From Fidelibacterota bacterium (GTDB lineage Bacteria > Fidelibacterota > Marinisomatia > SCGC-AAA003-L08 > TS1B11): 64,000 nt of DNA. The stretch is taken from the NCBI GenBank assembly GCA_020354025.1, contig CP070638.1:1130250-1194249 (forward strand), read 5' to 3'. Shown here one piece after another: positions 17,398 through 30,120 of this stretch (the first letter of the stretch is position 1; every line of letters begins with the position of its first letter). Both the position numbers and the translations under genes were made by a program. Under the pieces are notes generated by a model. It saw only the letters and a program-made list of their open reading frames with translations, ran no database searches and was not told the origin of the DNA.

Positions 17398-20070
17398 ATG
17401 GACCTTAGCCGCCTCACCCAAAAATCCCAGGAAGCCCTGATGGCGGCCCAAGGACTGGCCGCTCGCCGGGGCCAAGTTGAGGTGGACGTGCTGCACCTGC
17501 TGGGGGCCCTGCTGGAGCAGGAAGACGGCCTGGCCTTTCGGCTATTTCGCAAGGCGGACGTGCCGCTGGACCAGTTCCGTACCGACCTGGAGCAGGAACT
17601 TGATCGCCTGCCTCGGCAGACCGGCGGGGCCAAAGAGCTGGACAAGATCTACGTCACCGCCAACCTGAACAACCTACTGTTAAAGGCCGAGGACGAAGCC
17701 AAACGCCTGAAAGACTCCTACGTGTCAGTAGAGCACCTGGTCCTGGCCATGCTGGATGAGGGCAAGTCAGCTCCAATAGGACGCCTGTTCCAGCAATACG
17801 GCCTCACCAGGGACCGCTTTTTGGAGGCTCTGTCGAACGTGCGGGGCAGTCAGCGGGTGGAAAGCGCCACCCCGGAAGCCACCTATGACGTACTGGAGCG
17901 CTATGGCCGAGATCTGGTGAAAGAAGCCCGCTCGGGTAAAATGGACCCTGTCATCGGGCGGGACAACGAGATCCGGCGGGTAATAAGAATTCTGTCACGC
18001 AAGACCAAGAACAATCCGGTGCTCATGGGCGAGCCGGGTGTGGGTAAGACGGCTATCGTCGAGGGACTGGCCCAGCGCATCGTCAAGGGAGACGTACCGG
18101 ACAGCCTTAAGGAGAAGACCATCTTCGCCCTGGATATGGGTGCCTTGGTCGCGGGAGCCAAGTACCGCGGCGAGTTCGAGGAGCGCTTGAAGGCGGTGTT
18201 GAAGGAAATCAAGGAGTCGGAGGGGCGCATCCTGCTGTTTATTGACGAACTGCATACCGTTGTGGGCGCCGGCCGGGCCGAGGGAGCCGTGGATGCGGGT
18301 AACATGCTTAAGCCGATGCTGGCCCGGGGAGAGCTGCACTGTATCGGTGCCACCACCCTGGATGAATATCGCGAGCACGTCGAGAAGGACGCCGCCCTGG
18401 AGCGCCGCTTCCAGCCGGTGCTGGTCGATCAACCCGGAGTGGAAGACACTATTTCCATTCTGCGGGGGCTGAAGGAACGCTACGAGGTATTTCATGGAGT
18501 AAAAGTCCACGACAGCGCTCTGGTATCAGCGGCGGTACTGTCTCACCGCTACATTTCCGACCGCTTCCTACCCGATAAGGCCATTGACCTGGTGGACGAG
18601 GCGGCGGCCATGGTGCGCACCGAGATCGATTCGCTGCCCGCTGAGCTTGACGAAGTGACCAGGAAGCTGATGCGGCTGGAGATCGAGCAGGCGGCACTAA
18701 AAAAGGAAAAGGATAAGGCTAGTAATGAGCGGTTGAAAGCACTGGGTGCGGAACTGGCGAATCTACAGAGCATCGCCGACAATCTGCGTGTCAAGTGGGA
18801 GGCTGAAAAGGAGGCCATCGCCAAGGTGCAAGCCTTAAGGAAGGAAATTGAACATATCCACCGGGAGATGGAAGCGGCCGAGCGGCAATACGACTTGGAG
18901 AAGGCCGCAGCCCTGCGGCACGGAAAACTGCCTGAAGCCCAAAAGCAACTGCAAGAGGAAGAAACCCGTCTGGCGGGCGAGCAAGGTGCGGACAGGCTTA
19001 TCCGCGAGGAGATCACCGAGGAGGAAATCGCCGAGATCGTGAGCCGGTGGACGGGCATTCCAGTAGCCCGGCTGGTGGAGGGTGAACGGGAGAAGCTGCT
19101 GAAGCTGGACGAGGTATTACACCGGCGGGTCATTGGCCAGGACGAGGCGGTGAAGCTGGTTGCGGACGCAGTGATACGGGCTAGGGCGGGTATAAAAGAC
19201 CCCCGGAGACCCATCGGCTCGTTCATCTTTTTAGGGCCAACCGGTGTGGGCAAGACTGAACTGGCCCGGACCCTAGCCGAGACCCTGTTCGACACCGAAG
19301 AGAATATGGTACGCATCGACATGAGCGAGTACATGGAGCGTCATGCCGTCTCCCGGCTGATTGGTGCACCGCCGGGCTACGTGGGCTACGAGGAAGGCGG
19401 CCAGCTCACCGAGGCGGTGCGGCGGCGGCCTTACTCAGTCATCCTGTTTGACGAGATCGAGAAAGCCCACCATGACGTCTTTAACGTCCTGCTCCAGATC
19501 CTCGACGATGGGCGAGTCACAGACGCGCGGGGCCGCACGGTGGACTTCAAGAACACTGTGATCATCATGACCAGCAACATCGGTGCGCCGCAGCTGCTGG
19601 AGGGCATCACCGAGGACGGCGAGCTGCGCCCCGGTGTACGCGAGAAGGTTACCGGCTTGCTGAGGCAGCATTTCCGGCCCGAGTTCCTCAACCGGGTGGA
19701 CGAGACCGTCCTCTTTACTCCCCTCACACCCGGTGAGATCGCGTCCATCGTGGACCTGCTGGCTGACGACCTGCGCTGGCGGCTGGAAGGTTGGGCTGGA
19801 ACGGGCAGCGGGCCCGGCCTGATCCTGGAGCTCACTGACGAAGCTCGTAAGCACATCGCCCGCAGCAGCTATGATCCCGTATTCGGCGCGCGGCCTTTGA
19901 AGCGCTACCTGCAGCGGGAGCTGGAGACCCGCATCGGGCGGGCCATCGTAGCCGGCGAAGTGCCGGGCGGGGCACGGATCAAGGTGGACGTGAAGGAGGG
20001 CGAACTGGTGGTGGGAGTGGAGCAGCCGGAGCAACCTGAGGCCAGGCTGGAGGAACCGGCAAAGACCTGA
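17398..20070 (+). CDS. clpB: ATP-dependent chaperone / disaggregase ClpB
   Basis: 890 aa; two AAA+ Walker A sites ([18 protein letters not shown]); long coiled-coil middle domain; Clp N-repeat. RBS GAAGGAG lies upstream. Confidence 0.95.
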   Translation: MDLSRLTQKSQEALMAAQGLAARRGQVEVDVLHLLGALLEQEDGLAFRLFRKADVPLDQFRTDLEQELDRLPRQTGGAKELDKIYVTANLNNLLLKAEDEAKRLKDSYVSVEHLVLAMLDEGKSAPIGRLFQQYGLTRDRFLEALSNVRGSQRVESATPEATYDVLERYGRDLVKEARSGKMDPVIGRDNEIRRVIRILSRKTKNNPVLMGEPGVGKTAIVEGLAQRIVKGDVPDSLKEKTIFALDMGALVAGAKYRGEFEERLKAVLKEIKESEGRILLFIDELHTVVGAGRAEGAVDAGNMLKPMLARGELHCIGATTLDEYREHVEKDAALERRFQPVLVDQPGVEDTISILRGLKERYEVFHGVKVHDSALVSAAVLSHRYISDRFLPDKAIDLVDEAAAMVRTEIDSLPAELDEVTRKLMRLEIEQAALKKEKDKASNERLKALGAELANLQSIADNLRVKWEAEKEAIAKVQALRKEIEHIHREMEAAERQYDLEKAAALRHGKLPEAQKQLQEEETRLAGEQGADRLIREEITEEEIAEIVSRWTGIPVARLVEGEREKLLKLDEVLHRRVIGQDEAVKLVADAVIRARAGIKDPRRPIGSFIFLGPTGVGKTELARTLAETLFDTEENMVRIDMSEYMERHAVSRLIGAPPGYVGYEEGGQLTEAVRRRPYSVILFDEIEKAHHDVFNVLLQILDDGRVTDARGRTVDFKNTVIIMTSNIGAPQLLEGITEDGELRPGVREKVTGLLRQHFRPEFLNRVDETVLFTPLTPGEIASIVDLLADDLRWRLEGWAGTGSGPGLILELTDEARKHIARSSYDPVFGARPLKRYLQRELETRIGRAIVAGEVPGGARIKVDVKEGELVVGVEQPEQPEARLEEPAKT

Positions 20071-20136
20071 AGAGAGACGGTCAACTAGCATAGCCTCAGC
20101 ATCGCCTGACACCCACATACAGTGTAAATTCCCTCC

Positions 20137-21621
<1,485 letters not shown>

Positions 21622-21692
21622 TTAACGTGAATCAGCACCAATGATCAGCACTCACATTTACTGGCCTTCTTTGCCCATCATTCTATCATTCG

Positions 21693-24281
21693 TCAATCTT
21701 CAATATACAATGCATTGAATAGCAGCTTGAAAGTACCCCAGGTCTGGGCGCGGTTCTGTACGCGGAAGCCGTAGAGTATGGCGCGGCCTTTACCGGTGGT
21801 CACTTCCGCTAAGGCTACCCTGTTGTGCAGGTGTTTTTCCCCCTCTACCCAGCCACTGAGCAGGGTGTTGGTATGACCGTAAACAGCCGTCTCCCGGTGA
21901 GGCTTCAAACCAGCCATCAGAGCATAAACCGGGTCCTGGATGAAATAGATAGACGCCGTTGCGGGCATGCCATATGTGAGGTGCGAGTCGGTATCCAGGT
22001 CCACCTGGAAAATTGAGCCGGGAGCATAGAAATCATCGCTTTTAACATCATTGAGCACGTTGCTGGCCGGTGCGCTCAGCTCGTCAATGGCGAAATTCCC
22101 GGCCCGGCCGAAAAAGAGCACCGTCCCTCCATCGAGTAGATAGCGCTTGATGTTTTCTGCCCCCTCTTTACCTATACCACCCCGGTACTTTATGGGCATA
22201 GACGGATCGCCGATGCGATCCTTCTGACCGGGGCTGCGCTTTCCGTCAACGATCTGGCTGGTACTCATACTGGGCATGATGATTACGTCATATCGCTTCA
22301 GGGTCCCCAGCGACGCGAAATCCTTATTACGTAGAACAGTATAATCGAAACCGAAGTTGTCAAAGAGGTAACGGGTCCAGCCTTCATCGGAAGAGGGAAG
22401 CCAGGGTCCATAAATGGCGATGCGGGCAACCTTGAGTGGTGTGCTTTCGGGCACATCAGACACCGGTGTTAACCGCACCTCGTAAGTAACATGGGCTTTC
22501 TGAATAGTATTTCGGTTCTTCTTGCTGCTAGGGATGACGAATGATCCAACGGGAAAGTATCTATCCTTGGTCAGGACGGGCTTGGCCAGAGAGCCGACTT
22601 TCTGCCCGGACTTCAGGAGGGCGTTCACCAGTCGATAGCTACCCAGCCAGCGGCGGCCTATCAGGTATGCTTGGGCATCGTCACTTACCGGGGGAAAATC
22701 CCACGAGGGATGATCCACCTCTTCCAGAGCGGTGGTGAGGGGGAGGTTTACCGCCTCCACCTGAACCCCCATCATAAGGGGGAGTGACCAGGTGGTAAGG
22801 TCGTAGGGAGGTATTGGAGGACCACCGGTATAGAGGCGCATCTCCGGGTAGTACTGTCGCTCCATGAGATCCTTGATGCAGGGTCGGTTGGCCTGGGCGA
22901 GCGGAACGACGAAAGAACCGGCCGGGACAGTGCCCGCACCGGTATTCACCGGTCCCTTAGCCCGATATACTTTTATATTGTTATAGCGCAAACGCCGGAG
23001 GAGTTCTACGGCGGCGTTGGGATCATGCTGGCCTGGGGGGAGGATCCAGGCATAGGGTGGCTCGGTGCGACCCTTTTCAATAGCCTCCCGGTTGAGTTCG
23101 TAGAAGGTAGTCTTGTAGCGTATTTTGTACATGGCGGCCAGGTCAAGGACGGCATACGCGGCAGCCTTTTCGTATTCGATGATGTCCCGCAGGTGCCACC
23201 AGCCGCCGGGCCAGGGTTGGGGGAAGTTGGTCTGGGCCTGGTAATCACTCAGGGACCGGTCCATACCGTGCAGGCTGGTCTTCGGGTGGTAAACAGGCGT
23301 GGCATAGCGTACACTGGCGGCCTCGGAGAGGATGCCCACGCGGTTATGCCATAGAGGCGTCTTGGACATGGTGCCCTCGAAGAAGGCATTGAAGACGGTA
23401 CCGGTGACGATGCCGGTAAAGCCTCGGTCGGTCAGGTCGGATGCCACATACTCACCCAGCATGTTCACGGATGCGGTTATCCGGGGGTGGACGTTGGGAT
23501 TGATGGGATCCTGGTAAGGGGGCACGAAGAGTCGGGCACTGCTTGATCCCATCTGGTGTTGATCGTATACGATCTCGGGAAACCAGTCGTGGTGTAGGAT
23601 CCGGGAGACCAGGCGGGATTCGGCCAGATTGAAGAAGAACAGGTCGCGGTTATTGTCGTGGCCGGCGTAGTAGTGATACAGACCCGGGAAAGAAGCCCCC
23701 TCACTTTCAGTGCCCTTGGTTTCATTATAATAATCCACAACCATCTGCTGTCCATCGGGATTAAGGGAGGGAACCATCAATAGGATTACATTATCCAGGA
23801 TGTCAAGGATGCGTTGATCTGTCCGGGTGGCAAGCTCCCATGCCAGTTCCACCGACTCCTGGCTGGCAGCGATCTCGGTGGCGTGGATATTGAGTGTGAG
23901 CAGCACCACCGTCTTGCCCTCCTCGATGAGGGCGCTGGCGTCATAGGGGCTGAGATTCTCAGCGCGGCCAATCAGACGCTGGATTTCCTTGAACCGTTCC
24001 AGGCGGGGAATGTCCTCAGCGGCGGTAATGGTCACCAGGAGGAAGGGTTTGCCCATAGTGGTCTGCCCCAGTTCCTCCACCAGGACGCGATTGCAGCCCT
24101 CGTCCAGGTATCGGAAATATTCAACTATCTGCTTCCAGTCGATGAGCTCCCGGTCCGCGCCCATCTCGTGGCCGAAATAGGCTTCCGGGGACTTGATCCC
24201 CTGGGCCAGCAGAAAGGGAAAGGACAAGGCAAAGCATATAAGGACACTACGAACTAACCGCATGGTGCCTCTTCTCTTCAT
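21693..24281 (-). CDS. Secreted M14-family zinc carboxypeptidase-like protein (large, multi-domain)
   Basis: HxxE zinc-motif context LTLNIHATEIAASQE. The signal peptide MKRRGTMRLVRSVLICFALSFPFLLAQG appears when the gene starts at M35 (24281). About 860 aa. The family call is from pattern recognition only. Confidence 0.6.
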   Translation of the reverse strand: MKRRGTMRLVRSVLICFALSFPFLLAQGIKSPEAYFGHEMGADRELIDWKQIVEYFRYLDEGCNRVLVEELGQTTMGKPFLLVTITAAEDIPRLERFKEIQRLIGRAENLSPYDASALIEEGKTVVLLTLNIHATEIAASQESVELAWELATRTDQRILDILDNVILLMVPSLNPDGQQMVVDYYNETKGTESEGASFPGLYHYYAGHDNNRDLFFFNLAESRLVSRILHHDWFPEIVYDQHQMGSSSARLFVPPYQDPINPNVHPRITASVNMLGEYVASDLTDRGFTGIVTGTVFNAFFEGTMSKTPLWHNRVGILSEAASVRYATPVYHPKTSLHGMDRSLSDYQAQTNFPQPWPGGWWHLRDIIEYEKAAAYAVLDLAAMYKIRYKTTFYELNREAIEKGRTEPPYAWILPPGQHDPNAAVELLRRLRYNNIKVYRAKGPVNTGAGTVPAGSFVVPLAQANRPCIKDLMERQYYPEMRLYTGGPPIPPYDLTTWSLPLMMGVQVEAVNLPLTTALEEVDHPSWDFPPVSDDAQAYLIGRRWLGSYRLVNALLKSGQKVGSLAKPVLTKDRYFPVGSFVIPSSKKNRNTIQKAHVTYEVRLTPVSDVPESTPLKVARIAIYGPWLPSSDEGWTRYLFDNFGFDYTVLRNKDFASLGTLKRYDVIIMPSMSTSQIVDGKRSPGQKDRIGDPSMPIKYRGGIGKEGAENIKRYLLDGGTVLFFGRAGNFAIDELSAPASNVLNDVKSDDFYAPGSIFQVDLDTDSHLTYGMPATASIYFIQDPVYALMAGLKPHRETAVYGHTNTLLSGWVEGEKHLHNRVALAEVTTGKGRAILYGFRVQNRAQTWGTFKLLFNALYIED

Positions 24282-24391
24282 CGGGTTGGCTGGAAAACGT
24301 GATGCTGAAACTAGCGGTGAGGTAAAAGCGCCTGCAAGGCTAAAAAAAGGGCGCAACAAACCGCAGAGTCTACGCCGGGCCATACTGGGAA

Positions 24392-24421
24392 ATGAAAGCG
24401 GATAGTGAAGCAGAATCCGCC
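24392..24421 (-). terminator. Possible weak terminator after pckA
   Basis: On the minus strand, GCGGAT (24420-24415) pairs with ATCCGC (24403-24398) across an 11-nt loop and is followed by TTTCATTTCC. The stem is short. Confidence 0.3.
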
Positions 24422-24454
24422 CGAGGTGCTGTCTATTTCAGGCTTAGGCTATCT

Positions 24455-26104
24455 CTATTGAAGCCTCTTCGGTCCAGCGTTGATCACCTCTTGCGAGCAG
24501 TTGCTGGCGAAGAGCTTGAAATTCTCTATAAACCTGGCCGCCAAAGCGTCATACTTCTTCCAGTAATCGTCCTTGACGCCCCAGGAATTTGATGGCTCGA
24601 GTACATCTTCGGGCACGTCAGGGCATGATAGCGGGACCTCAAAGCCGAAGAGCTTGTCTTTTCGGTACTGCACCTTGTCCAGCTTGCCTTCCAAAGCTGC
24701 GTTCAGCAGGTTGCGGGTATGCCGGATGCTGATACGTTTGCCTACGCCGAAGCGTCCGCCTACCCAACCGGTGTTGACCAGCCAGCACCGTGCCCCGTGC
24801 CTGAGCATCCGCTGCTTGAGCATCTCGGAGTACTCGAAAGGATGTCGCACCATGAACGGGCCACCGAAACAGGCACTGAAAGTGATCTGCGGCTCGATAC
24901 CAAGTCCTATCTCGGTACCGGCGATCTTGGAGGTGTATCCGCTGATGAAGTGGTACTGTGCCTGTTCGGGGCTCAGCCGCGCTATAGGGGGCATTACGCC
25001 CGAGGCATCACAGGTCAGAAAAATGATGTTCCTGGGATGGGATTCAGCCATCCTTTCAGGTACGGTATTGGGGATGAATTCCAACGGATAGGAAGCGCGG
25101 GTATTCTCCGTTACGACGTCATCATCCAGGTCAACCCGGCGAGTGGGTGGGTCATATACTACATTCTCAAGTATTGTGCCGAATTTCCTGGTGCAGGCGT
25201 AGATCTGCGGTTCATACTCCGCGGAGAGGCGGATAACCTTGGCGTAGCATCCACCCTCGAAGTTGAACACGCCGGTGGAACTCCAGCCATGCTCGTCGTC
25301 ACCGATCAACCTTCGCTTGGGATCCGCGGACAGGGTGGTCTTGCCCGTCCCGCTGAGACCGAAGAAAATGGCCACGTCCCCATCATTACCCATATTAGCG
25401 GAACAGTGCATGGGGAGTACGTCCTCAAAAGTCAGGAGGAAGTTGAGCACCGTGAAGATAGTCTTCTTGATCTCGCCGCCGTAGAGAGAATTGGCGATAA
25501 TGCCCAACCGTTCGGAAAAATTGAGCACAATACCGGTCGAGCTTCGGGTGCCGTCTATCTTGGGATCGACTTTGAAGCCCGGTACGGCGATTACGGTGAA
25601 GTCGGGGATGAAGCGCTTGAGTACGTCCTGATCGTCGATGGTGATAAACATATTCCGGGCGAATAGACTGTGCCAGGCTTTCTCGGTTATGATTCTCACC
25701 TTCAGGCGGTATTCAGGATCAGCCCCGGCATAGCAATCCTGCACAAAGAATTCCTCATCCTGGGCGAAAGCCTGCACCCGTGCCCATAACGCATTGAATT
25801 TTTCTACGCTGAAAGGCCGGTTATAGTCCCCCCACCAGATCTTATCCATGGTAGTCTCTTCCTGTACCACGAATTTGTCCGTCGCCGCCCTTGCCGTATG
25901 TTTCCCCGTGTTTACCAGCACCGGACCTTGATGAGCTATGCGTCCTTCGTTGCGAAAGACGATCTCCTCATACAGGGCTGGATTCGGCAGGTTCCAGAAC
26001 ACCCGGTCAAGGTGCAGCATGCCGTGATTCTTCAGCCCGTAATCCGAAGCTAGTTCTTTGGCCTGTTTGGTAGCTGGTGTATCAAAATGTAGGTATTTGC
26101 TCAT
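24455..26104 (-). CDS. pckA: Phosphoenolpyruvate carboxykinase (ATP)
   Basis: 549 aa with the kinase-1a motif GLSGTGKTTLS and overall PckA-like sequence. Its start overlaps the aspC-like stop (ATGA). Confidence 0.95.
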   Translation of the reverse strand: MSKYLHFDTPATKQAKELASDYGLKNHGMLHLDRVFWNLPNPALYEEIVFRNEGRIAHQGPVLVNTGKHTARAATDKFVVQEETTMDKIWWGDYNRPFSVEKFNALWARVQAFAQDEEFFVQDCYAGADPEYRLKVRIITEKAWHSLFARNMFITIDDQDVLKRFIPDFTVIAVPGFKVDPKIDGTRSSTGIVLNFSERLGIIANSLYGGEIKKTIFTVLNFLLTFEDVLPMHCSANMGNDGDVAIFFGLSGTGKTTLSADPKRRLIGDDEHGWSSTGVFNFEGGCYAKVIRLSAEYEPQIYACTRKFGTILENVVYDPPTRRVDLDDDVVTENTRASYPLEFIPNTVPERMAESHPRNIIFLTCDASGVMPPIARLSPEQAQYHFISGYTSKIAGTEIGLGIEPQITFSACFGGPFMVRHPFEYSEMLKQRMLRHGARCWLVNTGWVGGRFGVGKRISIRHTRNLLNAALEGKLDKVQYRKDKLFGFEVPLSCPDVPEDVLEPSNSWGVKDDYWKKYDALAARFIENFKLFASNCSQEVINAGPKRLQ

Positions 26105-27318
26105 GTCCAGTCTCTTACCAGTTTGCGATCACCGATGTAAAGTTCATTGGGGGAATTCATGTCAAGCGCCCATTTCATACGCTCGACACCATCCTTGATG
26201 TCTTTGACTGAGCCACAGTAGCTCAATCGCAGAAATCCTTCCATGCCGAATTCAACTCCCGGTACGGTTACAACCTGTACCTTCTCGATCAGGAATTCCG
26301 CCAGCTTGGTTGAATCCTTGCTGTATGTGTTGAAATCGGCAAAACAGTAAAAGGTGCCATCAGGCTTGGTTACCTTCACCCCATCAAATGAGTCGAGATA
26401 GTCGATCATCAGGTTGCGGTTGTTCTCCAGGGTCAGTCTCAGATTCTCTACACTGGATTGTATGCCGTTGATGGCCCCGACCGCGGCTTTCTGCAGCAGT
26501 ACCGAAGGCCCGGAAGTCTGATGCCCCTGAATATTGGCCATGACCTCAATAAGCCTTTTATTGGCTACCGCCCAGCCGATCCTGTATCCGGTCATGGCGT
26601 ACTGCTTGGAAACTCCGTTGATGACGATCAGCTTGGAGTTCTCGCTCAGGTCATGGGCATAATCATAGCAGTTAATTTGTTTGCGGTTGTCAAAAATCAG
26701 CCGGTGGTAAATATCATCCATGATGAGGTACAGGTCGCGCTTTTCACAGAAGTCCACAACCTCAGCAATGAACTCTTCCGAGTACATGGCCCCGGAGGGA
26801 TTATTAGGGCTGTTGATAATGACCGCCTTGGTGTAGGTCCCTACCTTTTCCTCGATATCCTGAAGCCGCGGGTAGAAAGTGCCATCTTCAGGCAGGGCGG
26901 GCACGGGGATCGCCTGACAGAGCTTGACCATCTCAGGATAACTCACCCAATAGGGTGACGGAAAAATGACTTCCTCCTGGGGATTCAGAATGGCCTGCAA
27001 AGCTACCATGACGGCCTGCTTGGCTCCACCCGAGGCAATCACATTTTCCGGTGATACCAGACGGCGGTAATACTCCTCCGTGTACCGGATGATGGCCTTC
27101 TTCATCTCGACGGTGCCATCGGCAGGCGTGTACCTGATTTCAGCGCTACTCAGCAGCCCCGTAGTAGCCAGGATAGCGTCAACAGGAACTGTACTTTTAG
27201 GTTCGCCCCCTCCCAGGTGAATAACGGGATCCCCTTTCGCCCGGAGGATAGCCGCTTTTTCATTCAGCTTGAGCGTGGCTGATTCACTGATTGTTCTGGC
27301 AATCTGGCTGATACTCAT
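26101..27318 (-). CDS. Class-I pyridoxal-phosphate aminotransferase (aspartate/aromatic type)
   Basis: Motifs NSPNNPSG and SKQYAMTGYRIGW (PLP lysine). 405 aa. Confidence 0.85.
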   Translation of the reverse strand: MSISQIARTISESATLKLNEKAAILRAKGDPVIHLGGGEPKSTVPVDAILATTGLLSSAEIRYTPADGTVEMKKAIIRYTEEYYRRLVSPENVIASGGAKQAVMVALQAILNPQEEVIFPSPYWVSYPEMVKLCQAIPVPALPEDGTFYPRLQDIEEKVGTYTKAVIINSPNNPSGAMYSEEFIAEVVDFCEKRDLYLIMDDIYHRLIFDNRKQINCYDYAHDLSENSKLIVINGVSKQYAMTGYRIGWAVANKRLIEVMANIQGHQTSGPSVLLQKAAVGAINGIQSSVENLRLTLENNRNLMIDYLDSFDGVKVTKPDGTFYCFADFNTYSKDSTKLAEFLIEKVQVVTVPGVEFGMEGFLRLSYCGSVKDIKDGVERMKWALDMNSPNELYIGDRKLVRDWT

Positions 27319-27773
27319 TTCTCACTTACCTTAATGAATTTCGAAAGACGATTTTAAAATAATAGCCTGCAACTATCTCTTGGCTGGAAGCTCGAATCGC
27401 CTTCAGTCTATGTAATCCGCGGTCTCTTGTACTCTCGATCAACGCGGGCTTTTGTCTTAAACCTAAGCACTGAAATGCCCGGTAAAATATATGAAATCTA
27501 CGGTAGAAAAGTATATCCGTTACATGCCTTCAAGCAACTATTTCATGATAATATTTCACTCATTTTCTGCCGACTCCGCATATTTATATCCCAACCACTG
27601 GACCATTACCAAGAATCATAAGCCTCTAGTTCCATTTCTCCCGCCTCTAACTATGTGATGTAACAGCATGCTGGACTTCGACGTTCCTAACCCGTAGATT
27701 CTCGAATGCCAACGCAACATCAGGAACCAACAAGTCCTGCTTTGCCAAACAGGCACAAACTGAGGAACGACAG

Positions 27774-28604
27774 ATGAAGGTATCCATTTCTTTCTATTCC
27801 CTTACGTTTTCAGTGTTACTGATAGGAGCGTCATTATCGGGTCAGGGAGTCCCACCACCAACCAACCTGGTCTCTATCCCCACCGGCGGAACCCTGCAAC
27901 GGGGGCAATATGAGCTCGAGATATTGATGCAGACCGGTGGTGGTATTCTGAGCCGATTGGGAGTTGGCTTCTCCGACCGGTTTTCCATGGGTATGAGCTA
28001 CGGGATTCAACATTTCATTGGAAATGAGAAACCGTCTCTTAACCGGTTTATCCCCGAAGTTCAGTTGAAATACCGATTTATGGATGAGAGCTATAACCGG
28101 CCGGCCATCTCCCTGGGACTGGACACCCAGGGACGGGGTATCTTCCAGGAGATCAATCTGGACACTGCAACCACCATTGAAAGGTATGAGATAAAAGCTA
28201 TCGGTATTTACCTGGTGGCAAGCAAGAACTGGCAGATTATGGGCAACCTAGGCATTCATGGGGGCGTATCCAAGAACACCATCGAGGCCGATCAGACTGA
28301 CAATGACATAAACCTCTTTTTCGGGCTGGATAAGGACATCATCCCCGGTCTCAGCACCTTTCTGGAATATAACTTCGCCCTGGATGACAACGACTATGAC
28401 ATCGATGAGATCAATCTTTACACCCTCTCAGAGATCACCGTGGGAAAGGGAAAGGGCTACCTGAATGCCGGCATTCGTTGGAATATGAGCTCCAGCTTAT
28501 CGTTAGAAGTGGACATTAATGATATCCTGGTTAATAAGGTGGGGAAGGTAGAGTGGTATAACTTCAGCCGCGAGCTGAAGGTGGTATACAACGAATTCTT
28601 TTAA
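27774..28604 (+). CDS. Hypothetical outer-membrane beta-barrel protein
   Basis: N-terminal signal peptide, alternating amphipathic strands and a C-terminal ...VVYNEFF (terminal aromatic OMP signature). I recognise no family. Confidence 0.45.
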   Translation: MKVSISFYSLTFSVLLIGASLSGQGVPPPTNLVSIPTGGTLQRGQYELEILMQTGGGILSRLGVGFSDRFSMGMSYGIQHFIGNEKPSLNRFIPEVQLKYRFMDESYNRPAISLGLDTQGRGIFQEINLDTATTIERYEIKAIGIYLVASKNWQIMGNLGIHGGVSKNTIEADQTDNDINLFFGLDKDIIPGLSTFLEYNFALDDNDYDIDEINLYTLSEITVGKGKGYLNAGIRWNMSSSLSLEVDINDILVNKVGKVEWYNFSRELKVVYNEFF

Positions 28605-28628
28605 ACCTGTTCTATCGAGGAGAGAGTC

Positions 28629-29405
28629 ATGAAAACACAACAGCATCTAACTGAGTTGAAGAGGCTGGCTTTTTTTGGGATTATCTTTTTTGTGAGCGTA
28701 CTCAGGTCCCAGGTGGACCCGTCTGCCTGGCAGCAGATCGACGACCTGGACGAAACCAAGGACTTCGACGGAGTCTACGCCCTGCTGGCACCGCTGGAGG
28801 GTGAGTACGGGGATGACGTGCGCTACCTGTGGCGCATGGCCCGGCACCACTTCAACAAATCGGATAATACCACCGACGAGGCGGTCATCGAACAGGAGCT
28901 AAAAACCGGCTTTGAGTTCTCCCAGAGGGCCCTGGCAGCCGATTCGGCCAGCGCCGATGCCCACGGCTACTACGGCATCCTCATCGGACGTGTGGGTGAG
29001 ATCCAGGGGACCAAGCAGAAGATCCTCAACTCCTATGATGTCAAGAAGCATACCATGAAGGCCATCGAGTTGGACCCGGAGAACGACTCCTGGCAGCACG
29101 TGATGGGGCGCTGGCATTACACGCTGGCCGACCTCAGCTGGTTCGAGCGCACCATTGCCTCCATCGTTTACACCTCACCGCCCAAGGCATCCTTCGAGGA
29201 AGCGGAGCAGTACTTTACCCGTGCCGCCGAGCTGGACCCGGAAGATATCCGCCACTTCCTCTGGTTGGGCAAGACCCAGCTGGAGCTCGACAAGGAAGCA
29301 GCGGCCAGAGGCAGCCTGGAAACAGCCGTCGGGTTGACCAAGAAGTCGGACAGCGACGACATCCTGCAGGAAGAGGCCAGGGAGCTACTGGAAGACTTGG
29401 ATTAA
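28629..29405 (+). CDS. Secreted TPR-like helical-repeat protein
   Basis: Signal/anchor segment and helical-repeat character (AIELDPEN..., AAELDPED...). Function unknown. Confidence 0.4.
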   Translation: MKTQQHLTELKRLAFFGIIFFVSVLRSQVDPSAWQQIDDLDETKDFDGVYALLAPLEGEYGDDVRYLWRMARHHFNKSDNTTDEAVIEQELKTGFEFSQRALAADSASADAHGYYGILIGRVGEIQGTKQKILNSYDVKKHTMKAIELDPENDSWQHVMGRWHYTLADLSWFERTIASIVYTSPPKASFEEAEQYFTRAAELDPEDIRHFLWLGKTQLELDKEAAARGSLETAVGLTKKSDSDDILQEEARELLEDLD

Positions 29406-29431
29406 CTGGCGTACAGCTGAGTACTCGGGGC

Positions 29432-30025
29432 TTGAAACCTGAAACTCGGAAGCTAAGACTCGATTCATTGAACTTGGAGCATTTAGCGGAGAAAAAAATC
29501 TCAAGCGAGCCGGTCTTCCAAGGCCGGCTGTTGGACGTGCACCGGGACGAGGTGCAGCTGCCCAACGGCACCACCACCGTCCGTGAGTATATCCGCCATC
29601 CCGGCGCCGCCGTCATGGTACCTCTGCTGGAAAATGGAAACCTGGTATTCCTCCACCAGTTCCGGTACGCGTTGGGAGCTGTGATGGTGGAGCTGCCGGC
29701 GGGCAAGCTGGATCCGGGCGAAGATCCCCTGGACACCGCTCGGCGTGAGCTGGCCGAAGAGACCGGGTATAACTGTGATCGCCTCGTCCGCCTGGGATTG
29801 ATTCACCCCTGCATTGGCTACAGCGATGAGCGGATCGGTGTCTACCTGGCCACCGGCTTGAAACCCGCGAAGGCGGAAGGGGAATCAGACGAGTCCCTGG
29901 AACCCTTCGAGCTGTCCCTGGAGGAGGCGCTGGCTTGGATAGAACAAGGCCGGATCACCGACGTGAAGACCATCATCGCCCTCTACTGGGCCGAGCGCTA
30001 CCTGGCGGGGGAATGGGGTTCCTAG
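29432..30025 (+). CDS. Nudix hydrolase (ADP-ribose pyrophosphatase-like)
   Basis: Nudix box GKLDPGEDPLDTARRELAEETGY. The TTG start from the track is uncertain. Confidence 0.8.
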   Translation: MKPETRKLRLDSLNLEHLAEKKISSEPVFQGRLLDVHRDEVQLPNGTTTVREYIRHPGAAVMVPLLENGNLVFLHQFRYALGAVMVELPAGKLDPGEDPLDTARRELAEETGYNCDRLVRLGLIHPCIGYSDERIGVYLATGLKPAKAEGESDESLEPFELSLEEALAWIEQGRITDVKTIIALYWAERYLAGEWGS

Positions 30026-30120
30026 GTTCGGATTTCTAGTTACGAGTTGCCAGTATCCAGCATCCAGATAACCTGAAACGCTTCATCCGCGAGGCGGCTG
30101 CCCGTCTGGGCTTCCAAAAA

